Part shown: positions 1 to 10,560 of the stretch, in pieces
Layout of the letters: every line of letters starts with the position of its first letter
Numbering within the stretch: position 1 is the stretch's first letter
Assembly (NCBI GenBank): GCA_951406725.2
Contig: OX597838.1
Coordinates: 25,296,001-25,360,000 of the forward strand
Reading direction: 5' to 3'
DNA: 64,000 nt
Origin: Octopus vulgaris
Lineage: Eukaryota
Program-made: the position numbers and the translations under genes
The notes under the pieces: generated by a model
The model's input: the letters and a program-made list of their open reading frames with translations, nothing else
What the model was told of the DNA's origin: nothing
Databases searched by the model: none

Positions 1-237
1 GAGACATATTCATACGGCACAGAATGTTTTTTTACCTCAATGGACGTCATTGATTGGTTGAAATTGCAGAAATTGAAGAAGAAAAAAACAACAAATCTCT
101 TACAAACCATAGAATTTTCTCAATAAAGCCAAGAGAAAAAGATGTTTTATAAACACGTTCTACCAGTATACGAAGTTTAAAATTTTTTAGTTACCTAGAA
201 ATTATGTTAAAAACTGCCGTTCAAACCGAAAAGAACC
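1..237. mobile_element. Right end of a putative non-autonomous DNA transposon, cut by the window edge
   Basis: Ends in AAACTGCCGTTCAAACCGAAAAGAACC. Its reverse complement GGTTCTTTTC resembles the GGATCTTTTT terminus of the TIR element at 62061-63198. The other end is outside the window. Confidence 0.35.
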
Positions 238-321
238 AAGAAAAATTTTGTGAAGACTTGTCGGAGAATCATTTCAATTCTTGTTTGGTAGATTTTTTTT
301 TTTGTGACCCAGTTAACCACT

Positions 322-650
322 CGGTGGTTAGAGCATCAGACTCACAATCATGAGGTAGTGAATTTCGATTCCTGAACAAGGCGATGTGTTGTGTTCTTGA
401 GCAAGACACTTTATTTCACGTTGCTCCTGTTCGCTCAGCTGTAGAAATGATTTGTGACGTCACTGGTGCCAAACTGTATCAGCCTTTGCCTTTTCCTGGG
501 ATAACATCAGTGGTGTGGAGAGGAGAGGAGGCATGGGCGACTACTGGTCTTCTATAAACAACTTTGCCCAGACTTGTGCCTTGGAGGGAAACTTTCTAGC
601 TACAATCCCTGTGGTCATTCATGACCAACGCGGGTCTTTACCCTTTTTTA
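322..650 (+). mobile_element. tRNA-derived SINE (family D, central TTGAGCAAGACACTTTATTTCACG domain)
   Basis: A-box-like GGTGGTTAGAGC and B-box-like TTCGATTCC, followed by a domain that recurs at 27615-27860(-), 43673-43850(+), 46415-46830(+) and 49135-49400(-). Confidence 0.7.
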
Positions 651-819
651 GTGATTGTAATTCCTTTGGTACCTTCAGTAGTATTCTTTCTGTCTGGCAA
701 GCATTTTCTTACTCCCATCAGTAACAAAAGAAAAGGTCTTGAGCTGCTCCTGTTCCCCTGTGAAAATACAACACAGGAAAAACAATAACAAAAAGCAGAT
801 AATTCAGTTCTATAATTCA

Positions 820-1172
820 GAGATGAGGAATTATGTACATTATTTACATTATTTACATTCGGCAGATATTTGTCCTCATCTTGTTTGTTGTTAACACAAC
901 GTTTCGGCTGATATACCCTCCAGCCTCCAGCCCACAGGCATATGGCGTAGTAGCTAAGAACGTGGGCTACTAACCCCAAGATTCCGAGTTCGATTCCAAG
1001 TAGTGACCTGAACAACAACAATAATAATAATAACATCAAAAATACCGTAGGAATGAGAACCCAAGTTCGAAATTTCCCCAAGACACCTGAAGAAGGCTGG
1101 AGGGTATATCAGCTAAAACGTTGTGTTAACAACAAGATGAGGACAAATATCCATCTTAATGTAAATAAAGTA
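820..1172 (+). mobile_element. tRNA-headed non-autonomous element with a Penelope-like 3' end and an inverted pLTR-like copy
   Basis: 820-926 is the reverse complement of 1094-1172. Between them are A box TGGCGTAGTAG (~942), B box GAGTTCGATTCC (~986-997), an (AAC/AAT)n linker and CCTGAAGAAGGCTG...CAGC[TA/CG]AAACGTTGTGTT. Confidence 0.7.
1082..1127 (+). ncRNA. Minimal type I hammerhead ribozyme motif (degenerate copy)
   Basis: Stem I GACAC/GTGTT, core CTGAAGA, stem II GGCTG/CAGCC, GAAAC and palindromic AACGTT helix III. The right copy has CG->TA at the GAAA. The inverted copy (894-926) keeps CAGCCGAAACGTTG but lacks CTGA. Confidence 0.6.
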
Positions 1173-1184
1173 TAAAAAACAGAT

Positions 1185-1600
1185 ATGTGTGGTAAGAATC
1201 TTGCTTCCCAACCACATGGCTCCAGGTTCAGTCCCATTGCATGGCAATTTGGGCAAGAGTCTTCTACTATAGTCTCAGGCTTACCAAAGCTTCATGAGTG
1301 GATTTGGTTGTTAGAAACTGAAAGAACCCCCGTTTTATATATATATATATATACATATATGTGTGTGTGTTTGTGCAGGTGCACATGTGTGTGTCTGTGT
1401 TTGTCCCCCACTGCTTGACAACTGGTGTTGGTGTGTTTACATCCCCATAACTTAGCAGTTCTGTAAAAAAAAAAACTGATAGAATAAATACGAAGCTAAA
1501 GAAAGAATTACTGGGGTCAATTCATTTAAGTTAAAATTCTTCAAGGTGGTGCCCCAGCATGGCCACAGTCTAATGACTGAAACAAGTGACAGACAAAAGA
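1185..1600 (+). mobile_element. SINE family A (GGCTGTGTGGTAAG... head, internal TA/TG microsatellite, ...AATGACTGAAACAAG tail)
   Basis: B-box-like GGTTCAGTCCC. About 15 further copies or fragments occur, e.g. 7538-7945(-), 25913-26325(+), 33801-34590(+), 35358-35760(+), 36535-36910(-), 42008-42590(-), 52700-53290(+), 61505-61925(-). Confidence 0.85.
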
Positions 1601-2361
1601 TTGATATTAAAGCAAACACACACACACACATTCATTACATAACAGAACACCTTAGGTATTTTAAAACCTGGCAATGCCCAACCCTTCTTAGATCTGACTT
1701 AAGTCAATTTGTTTCAGAAAGATAGATAGATAGAAAGAAAAGGCAAGGACATGAACTGGGCTCCAGTATATGACTGGTACTTTATATATTGACCCTGAAA
1801 GGATGAAAGGGCAAAGTAGATTTTGGTGGTATTTGAAATAAATATTGCAAAACTCTCAGTCTAATGCTTTAATGAGTCGGTCAATTTCCTGTTTGTAATT
1901 GATAATGAGTAATTAATTTCAGTTTTTGATAACAAGTTTGCATTCATTGTCATTATCTTCACCATTACCACTCAACAACCATGCATACTTGACTATAACT
2001 AACACTCATATTACCTATGATGAGTGCATATCCTGTTTTATTCTATCATATGTGTACAAAGTTCATTAAAAGCCTTGGCATCACCAATCTTGCAGTATTG
2101 AGTTCAGTTCTACGTTAGCTGTAAGGTTGTGTCTCTGGGCCTTTTAATACAAATCTTACTCTTCATGAGTTGTGTATATAAGATGATGGAAATAATACCA
2201 AAAAACAAGCTTACAATTATCACTTTATTCTTCAGCTAAATGAAATTATACAACGAACCAGATTAATACATCATGAAGAAATGTGGACTGTAGAAAATCA
2301 TTCATAGATAGCTTTTCAAATTCAGTTGAACTTGGTTACACATGCTTCAAGGGTAGAGTGG

Positions 2362-2708
2362 CTGATGCCAGCACCGCCTTGACTGGCTCCCGTGCCGGTG
2401 GCACGTAAAAAGCACCATCCGAATCGTGGCCGATGCCAGCGCCGCCTTGACTGGCTTCCGTGCCGGTGGCACGTAAACTACACCAATCCGATCGTGGCCA
2501 TTGCCAGCCTCGCCTGGCACCTGTGCAGGTGGAACGTAAAAAGCACCTACTACACTCACGGAGTGGTTGGTGTTAGGAAGGGCAACCAGCTGTAGAAACA
2601 CTACCAGATCAGACTGGAGCTTGGTGCAGCCTTCTGGCTTCCCAGATCCCTGGTCGAACTGTCTAACCCATGCTAGCATGGAGAACGGACGTTAAACGAT
2701 GATGATGA
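2362..2708 (+). mobile_element. RTE-type 3'-tailed retroelement fragment (family C) ending in (GAT)n
   Basis: Tandem GCCGGTGGCACGTAAAAAGCACC units, GTTAGGAAGGGCA(T)CCAGCTGTAGAAAC and tail GGACGTTAAACGATGATGATG. Other copies: 6438-6960(-), 8400-8800(-), 42695-43020(-), 50675-51030(-), 51060-51262(+), 51975-52310(+), 62201-62570(-). Confidence 0.8.
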
Positions 2709-3064
2709 TATCCCATATTTGGTAATTTTGTCCACTGTTTCGTACTTACCTTTCAGGGACACCCCAAATATCCCATATTTAGTTCGTTTTCAAATCTCAT
2801 AATAAAAATATATTTTTACTACCTTCTTACCATTCTTAGTTGTAACTTTATTAGTAATTATGCTTTCTTTTTTCCTGTTCTCTTGATGAAAATAACCTTG
2901 TAGAGACCTTGTTTGGTCTTACCTGAGATTCAGAATCTAACCTAGAAGTTCTCCCTAGCCATACAGCATATATTGTTCTGTCAAGGAGGAACACAGATTT
3001 ATATGGTTTCCACTTGACTCTTATGCTTTATATTTTTAACTAACATCTCTACCTTTATATCATA

Positions 3065-3586
3065 CTCGCAGTATCGCCCGGCGTTGCTCGGGTTTGTAAG
3101 GGAAATAACTATATAAGCATTTTTAGTGAGTTATAGCAAAAAAATAGCAAAAAAATGCATTAAAAATGGAATAAAAAATGATGGTAATTTTGGTGTCTTC
3201 AAGCCATGAAGTCGTTGTTCTAAAAGAACGCTGGTCTCCTTGACAATGCTTTACGACGTTGATTTCCTTACACTCCCTTCCCCACAGCTTCACGAGGGAG
3301 GGAAGAAGGGGAGAAGCAACACAGGTGCAGGTGTGACCATGGATGCCAACTCCGCCGCCATCAACACATGAAAAAATATGCGTTAAAATGGAAAAAAATG
3401 ATGTTAAATTATTTTTAAAATCGTAGACTCATCGTAGACGCGCGCTAATACTCAGACGGGCTCCATATGAATCACGACTATAAGATACCGGAATTTGGTT
3501 AAACTGCATCGCAAAATGTGGGAGTAGTTAGGAATCTAAATCGTAGGAGACAGACACTCACACAACTACAGTTTTATATATATAGA
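3065..3586 (-). mobile_element. Non-autonomous Helitron, copy 1
   Basis: On the minus strand it starts TCTATATATATAAAA and ends with hairpin CCCGAGCAACGCCGGG then CGATACTGCGAG (decayed CTAG), inserted between A and T. Confidence 0.8.
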
Positions 3587-3950
3587 TATCGTTCTGGGTG
3601 TATAGGATGTATAAATTTATATATATATATATATACAGAGAGATTTTAAGAATGTTCTGTACATCTACTTTTCTAATATGGCAACCCTATTCAAGGGGAA
3701 TGAAAATAATGTGACATGGCTTCCTGAAAACAAACTCTCCCTTTTGTGCTCTCTCTCACCTTACTGAATTAAAATGAAAAACTTCATGCTATTTGACTGG
3801 TGGCCACTGTTGCTGTTGGTGCTGCCATCTGCAGTTGTTTTCAGCCTAAGAGGCAGAAAGAAATAGGATTTGCTAAGAAATAGAAGAGGAGAAAAGATTT
3901 CCTTTAAGGGGAGAGAATCACAGAGAAAGATTTTATTTTTTATATACTTA

Positions 3951-4336
3951 CTAGCAGTATCGCCCGGCATTGCTCGGGTTTGTAAGGGAAATAACTATAT
4001 AAGCATTTTTAGAGAGTTATAGCAAAAAAATGCATTAAAAATGGAAAAAAAATTATGGTAATTTTTTTTTAAATCGTTGACTCATCGAAGACGTTTTTAG
4101 AGAGTTACTTCCCTTATATAATAGCAAAAAAATGCATTAAAATGGAAAAAAATGATGGTAAATTTTTTTTTAAATCGTAGACTCATTGTAGACTCGCGCT
4201 AATACCCAGAAGGGCTCGATATGAATCACGACTATAAGATACCCGGTTTTGGTTAAACTGCACTGCAAAATGTGGGAGTAGTTAGGAATCTAAATCGTAG
4301 GAGACAGACACACAACCTCTCTTTTATATATAAAGA
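3951..4336 (-). mobile_element. Non-autonomous Helitron, copy 2
   Basis: Minus strand 5'-TCTTTATATATAAAAG ... CCCGAGCAATGCCGGGCGATACTGCTAG-3', in an A^T target with no TSD. Highly similar to copy 1. Confidence 0.85.
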
Positions 4337-4908
4337 TTTTATTATGTGAGTAGCTATTTCTATATGATTCATTGTTATTTAAAAAATAATTTTTTAATGT
4401 TTTGGTTGTCCAAGTAGATGCAGATAAATTTATTTCGCTCTGATTTGGAGCTTGTCAATGCACTGCAACTTGGGATCAAACTACCTGATCGTTTAAAACA
4501 TTCAGGAACTATGGAAAACAATTGACTTTTCTTTTTCCTTTTTTAAAAAATAAAATGACTGCAACCAACATTTAGAATTTGCTGCATTTGGTGGTTTATT
4601 GCACAATGTGACTGGATATGCACTCCATATTGCACATAAAACTAGACCAATTGAAATGCCTGACATGGCGAAGTATTTCAGTGTCACATGACTAGCTGCA
4701 TGACCAATCATTAGAAACTTACACATGGAATCCTCTTCACAGTAATTTAGTCTAAACATGCAATTATAAAATCAGTCTCACTACACTACCATTCTGAAAC
4801 AAAGTAATTCCAACTATGATCAATGTTCCTTGCCATTTTCAAGATGTGAGGGAAATCTAGTTGCTATTTATTACAGCAGATCAAGTCACCAGTATATTAT
4901 TGTTATCT

Positions 4909-5233
4909 CTCTATATATAAATGGCAAAATGTGTGTGTGTGTTCTTTATACAAATCCACAATTTTTCAGTTAGAGGGCTCGCACTTTCTATGGTCATTCA
5001 AAACCGTCCAAGGGTGGTCGTGCACATCTTTACATTTCCCCAGTCACCCTGCAAAGCCATTAAAAAAATCCATAGAAGTGACTTTTTTGTGAATTTTCTA
5101 TCCAAAACCCAATCAAAATGCCCGAAACTTGATACGCCAATTGAATGCCAGCTAGCTGTATGTGATTGGTCGGAGATTTGGATAGTACTTGCGTGTATGT
5201 GCGCATGCACACAGCTGTATATGCATGCACTAG
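4909..5233 (+). mobile_element. Probable Helitron-like non-autonomous element (5' part)
   Basis: Begins TCTATATATAAATGGCAAAATGTGTGTG (TC start followed by a microsatellite). A CTAG lies at 5230-5233 but there is no clear terminal hairpin. Confidence 0.4.
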
Positions 5234-5437
5234 CACCTATTAGACTGGCACAGTGTTTGGGTAAATCATGTCAACATAATGAAGGTTTATAGCCTAGTGG
5301 TTAGGGTGCTGTGTTGGACACATGTTCATGTGAGAGTGTGTGCATATATGTGTATGTGTGTGTGTGTGTGTACATGTGGAAGTATAAGTGTGTATGTGAG
5401 TGTGTGTACGTATACATACATATACATATGTATATAC

Positions 5438-5472
<35 letters not shown>

Positions 5473-5870
5473 TATATATACATATACACACACATATGGC
5501 ACAGGAGTGGCTATGTGGTAAGTAGCTTGCTTACCAACCACATGGTCCCAGGTTCAGTCCCACTGTGTGGCTACTTACCACATAGCCACTCCTGCGCCAT
5601 ATGTGTGTGTATGTGTGTGTATATGTATATAAATGTGTGTGTGTATAATATATATATATATGTATATACATATGTATGTGTATGTATACGTACATACACT
5701 CATACACACACACATACACACTTATACATGCACATGTACACACACACATACACATACATGCACACACTCTCACATGAACATGTGTCCAACACAGCACCCT
5801 AACCACTAGGCTATAAACCTTCATTATGTTGCCATGATTTACCCAAACACTGTGCCAGTCTAATATGTGC
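5233..5870. repeat. Long fold-back inverted duplication (~295 bp arms, 43 bp spacer)
   Basis: 5233-5526 is the near-exact reverse complement of 5570-5870. The ORF track shows mirrored peptides (MKVYSLVVRVLCWTHVHV... on both strands). Confidence 0.95.
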
Positions 5871-5879
5871 AATACATGG

Positions 5880-6040
5880 AGTTGGTAGATGTTGGATAAG
5901 TGTCAACATTCAGATTCAAAGAGAATTTAACGCTGGGCGTGGAGTCTTGCAGGGAGGTGTTCTGTCTCCTCTTTTGTTTGTTGTCTGAGTAAACTAGTTA
6001 ATGAGAGAAGCACTAAGGGAATGGATGGAAAGGAATTTAA
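5880..6040 (+). pseudogene. Degenerate LINE reverse-transcriptase fragment (RTE-like)
   Basis: Translates to ...EFNAGRGVLQGGVLSPLLFVV*, matching the RT 'GVxQGxxLSPxLF' motif. Confidence 0.65.
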
Positions 6041-8256
6041 AAAAATAATGGCCTGGCTCTCTGCTGGTTGCTATGACACGTGTTCCAATTGATTCGATCA
6101 ATCATACAGTCTGCTTGTGAAATTAATGTGCAAATGGCTGGGCACTCTACAGACATGCATACCATTAACATACTTTTCAGCAAGATTCAGCATGACACAG
6201 AATTTAACAAGCCTGTTCTTTTGTCTTTCAGGCACAATTCGAATTTTCAAATTTGGCAGCTGTGTGGACTGGAGCAACGAGAAATAAAGTGAATTGCTCA
6301 AGGATACAGTGCTCAGCTAGAAACTGAACTCACAACCTTACTATAATGAGCAAAATTACTAAGCATTTGACAAATTTGCTATTATGTTGACTATATTGTT
6401 TTACTTTGTTATGAAACGTGAAAGATATAAAGAATGATATCATCATCATCATCGTTTCATGTCTGTTTTCCATGCTAGCATGGGTTGGACGGTTTGACCA
6501 GGGTCTGGGAAGCCAGGAGGCTGCACCAGTCTGATCTGGTAGTGTTTCTACAGCTGGATGCCCTTCCTAATGCCAACCACTCCATGAGTGTTGTGGGTGC
6601 TTTTTACGTGCCACCAGCACTGGTGCCAGGAGAGGCTGGCAGCACCCACGATCGGTTGGTGCTTTTTACGTGCCGCCGGCACAGAAACCAGTCAAGGCGA
6701 CACTGGCATCGGCCACGTTCGGATGGTGCTTTTTACGTGCCACTGGCACAGGTATCACAACTGCAATTTCCATTTGATTTTTTGATGTCGATGTACTTGA
6801 CTCAATAGGTCTCCTCAAGGACAGCAGGTCACATTATGAACCAAGGTAAGCACAGCAGGTCATTCTGCAATCCAAGGTACTTTGGATGGGCTGGGGCTAT
6901 GCAAAACTGGTGCAGGAAAGAGCCATGAACTCACATTATTTGTTGGGTCTTTGCAGTCACAGCATAAAGAAAAAACATAATGGAACAGGCAAAAGTGTGA
7001 ACATCTCTCTCACCTTTGAATTTTCTTTATTGCCACCCATCACCTACTCTTTCTACTCTTTTATTTGTTTCAATCATTTGATTGCGGCCATGCTGGGGCA
7101 CTGCCTTTAGTCGATCAAATCGACCCCAGGACTTATTCTTTGTAAACCTAGTACTTATTTTATTGGTCTCTTTTGCCGAATCGCTAAGTTACGGGGATGT
7201 AAACACACCAACATTGGTTGTCAAATGATGGTGGGAGGACAAACACAGACACACAATGTAGTGAATATTTCAGAAAAGGACGTTTAAAATGTTTTTTTCA
7301 GCTGAAGATCACAGAGCATGTTTGTCATGCAAAGCGGGAAATCAACTGGTATTGAAATATACATTTCTTACTGATGTATTCAAAGCAAAGGTAAGCCTAT
7401 TTCTCATATGTGCATTGCATTGCTTTATCATAATTTTTATGGTGGTTTTTGGAGCAACGGCTCTGATTTTAGCAAGTGGTATCATATACTCTACTGTATC
7501 TTAAATTATACACACACACGCACACACACACACACATACTCTTTTACTTGTTTCAGTCATTTGACTGTGGCCATGCTGGAGCACCGTCTTTAGTTGAACA
7601 AATCTACCCCAGGACTTATTCTTTGTAAGCCTAGTACTTATTCTATCGGCTCTTTTGCCGAACCACTAAGTGACGGGGATGTAAACACACCAGCATCGGT
7701 TGTCAAGTCATGTTGGGGGGACAAACACAGACATGTACACAAGCAGATATACATATATATATATATATATATACATATATACGACGGGCTTCTTTCAGAT
7801 TTCGTCTACCAAATCCATTCACAAGGCTTTGGTCAGCCCGAGGCAATAGTAGAAGACACTTGCCCAAGTTGCCCTGCAGTGGGACCGAACCCAGAAGCAT
7901 GTGGTTGGTAAGCAAGCTACTTACCACACAGCCACTCCTGCGCCTATATGATCGGCTTCTTTCAGTTTCTGCCTAATAAATCCACCCACAAGGTTTTTAT
8001 TGGCTCAAGGCTATAGTAGATGGCACTCGCCCAAGGTGCCAGGTACTCTCTATACCAACATTTGCTCACCTGTCCTCACCTCTCAGATACACATTACTGG
8101 CTTTTCTGTTATCAGTGTTCCTTCTTCAAATTTACATTTATTATGTTCAGGGGCCTTCTCCATAGTGGGTAGGGCATTGCAAGACTGGTTTTTATTCTGA
8201 AAGTGGTGGCATATTGTATTTTTGAGCAAAACATTTCATTTTGTGTTGCTCCAGTC

Positions 8257-8412
8257 CATCATCATTGTCATCATCATCATCATCATCATCATCGTCGTCG
8301 TCGTCATCATTATCATTGTCCTCCTCCTCCTCCTCATCATCATCATTGTTGTAATTGTCATTGTCACTACCACCACCACCCTCATCCTTATCATCATCAT
8401 CATCCTCATCCT
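8257..8412. repeat. (CAT)n/(CGT)n/(CCT)n trinucleotide expansion at the tail of a family C element
   Basis: Seen directly; it produces the poly-His/poly-Asp pseudo-ORFs. Confidence 0.9.
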
Positions 8413-9107
8413 TCGACATCTGTTTTCCATGCTGGAATGGGTTGGATGATTTGACCAGAGCTTGCCAGCTATGGTCACCAGGATCCAGTCTGATTTGGCA
8501 CAGCTTCTATGGCTGGATGCCCTTCCTAACACCAACCACTTTACAGAGTGTACAGGGTGCTTTTTTACATGGCATCAGCACCAGTGCTTTTCATGTGATA
8601 CCAGCACCTACAGGGTCACCAAGTACCTTGCAAGACAAAACTCCCTCAACTGAGAACGGGAAGTATTGAAAGGGTGTGGTTTTGTGCCAGATGATAAGGG
8701 GTGAAACTACGCTCACCACTTTACAGGGTGTGTTGGGTGCTTTTATGTGGCACTGCATGAGTGCTTCTACATGGCACCAGCCATGAGTGTTCTTTACATG
8801 GTACCAACTCAGGACTCTGGCAGGCCTATCCTTTCAACTATAAATGAGTCCCAGCAATAGCTGGGAAGTTAACCCTGTAATGGACCGGCATCCCATTCAG
8901 AAGGAAGAGAGTGTTGTAAGTTTGGTCATTTATATGCCATAGAAACCAAGGCCTCATCCAGAGTAAACCTTTGGGCTCATCACACACCCAGTAGAAAGTG
9001 ACAGATATCAGTCGAAGATGAGTTCTTGCTAAGAATTGAGAGTTAACCCTGTAACAGACTGGTGTCGTTTCCAGAGGTGAATTTTATATTCTCTGCTGCT
9101 TAGTTCA

Positions 9108-9328
9108 TCAGCGTTCAAACTGGCCATATCCAGCCCGAATATTCTATATGTTTTATGTTCTAACTGGCCAGATCCATCTTCTCACATCTAACCTACAATG
9201 TTATTCTAAAAATATACAGTGACATCATTGAAATCTCAAAGCTACAAGATAGTGCATGATTAATTCAAAACAATGTGAATAAATAAGCATCACATTTGAC
9301 AAAGAAATCTGAATGCTAAAGAATTAAA
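9108..9328. mobile_element. piggyBac-like MITE, same family as 53442-53661 and 29560-29745
   Basis: Reverse complement of the 53.4 kb element (...AATCTGAATGCTAAAGAATTAA). Confidence 0.6.
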
Positions 9329-9511
9329 TATCACAGAAACTTGGATAAGTTCCGGTCAAATAAGTTCAAATTCCTCTGAGATTAATTTTATCTTTCAATC
9401 TTGTACCACACATATCAGGTACTGGTGTTCATTTAATCGATGAAGCCACACTCCTTTCAAACTATTTGCGATGTACTTACAATTGCTTTTATCATTAATA
9501 TTATCATTATA

Positions 9512-10541
9512 ATTGAGTGAGAGAACAGCACATGACATCAAAGTGACACTGGGGTACAAATATATGAAGTCCAATGACTTCCTGTCTGATAAGGGTACAT
9601 CAGGCACATGCTTCACAACCAGATACGTGTGGCTCGGTGAATCTCATATCAAGATAAACAGTGAACCTCAGATTAAGATAAACAGTGCATGACTTTGCAG
9701 GTGGGGCCCAGTTAGAATTTTCTTCAGGTTGAGTAGCCCATCCTGCTCAAAAGGTCCCTGAATAAAGTTTGTTTATGAATGATGAATGAAACATCCATGT
9801 TTCCAGAGGTGAATTATTAAAACCCCAAAGAATCCCTCTCAACACATGGCTATAATGCTCCCCAGCTACTTTTGCTCATGATCAGAGATGCACATATTGT
9901 CAACCACTAAGGGACATGCTCAACTAGTTATGGTCAAGTAACTGAGAAGCAAATCTGTGGTATTGAGCTGATATGCACATGAGAACCACTATTATTGAGT
10001 GAGAGAACTGTGCATGCTATTATATATGACACTGGGGTAAAATATACGAAGCCCAGTATACCCATCATGACTACCCGTCTGATAAGGGTACACTAGGCAC
10101 ATGCATCACAACCATATGTGCGCGACATGGTGATCTCATATCAAGATAAACAGCGCATGACCTTGCAGGTGGGGCCCAGTTAGAATTTTCTTCAGGTCGA
10201 GTAACTCATCCTGCTCAAAAGGTCCCTGAATAAGAGTTGTTTAAGGGTGTTGAAGGAAACACCCATGTTTCCAGAGGTGAATTATTCAAACTCCAAAGAA
10301 TCCCTCTCAACACATGGCTATGATGCTCCCCCACTACTTCTGCTTGGGATCAGAGATGCACGTATCGTCAGCCACTAAAGGACATGCTGAACTGGTTATG
10401 GTCAAACAACTGACAAGCAAATCTGTGGTATTGAGCAGAATATTTGATGTAGCCCAAGACAAAACAATGTACATGATAACACTCCCAATCAGTTAAGATC
10501 AGAAGCCACGAGAGCCACTGTCTGGTACTGCATCAGGGCAT
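9512..10541. repeat. Two tandem copies of an unclassified ~500 bp interspersed repeat
   Basis: 9512-9975 and 9991-10541 are colinear (TTGAGTGAGAGAAC...GCAGGTGGGGCCCAGTTAGAATTTTCTTCAGG...GCAAATCTGTGGTATTGAGC) and sit in ATT-rich flanks. Confidence 0.8.
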
Positions 10542-10560
10542 TATTATTGTTATTGATATT

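Larger units (their letters stand above)
2354..3689. mobile_element. Non-autonomous hAT element carrying two nested insertions
   Basis: 8-bp TSD TTCAAGGG at 2346-2353 and 3690-3697. Termini are TAGAGTGGC... and ...TATGGCAACCCTA. Confidence 0.7.

Noticed and set aside
936-1010. Functional tRNA gene
   Set aside because: The acceptor stem does not pair and there is no poly-T terminator; it is the head of a repeat element.
8192-8669. Poly-His/poly-Asp proteins
   Set aside because: (CAT)n tail expansion of a retroelement.
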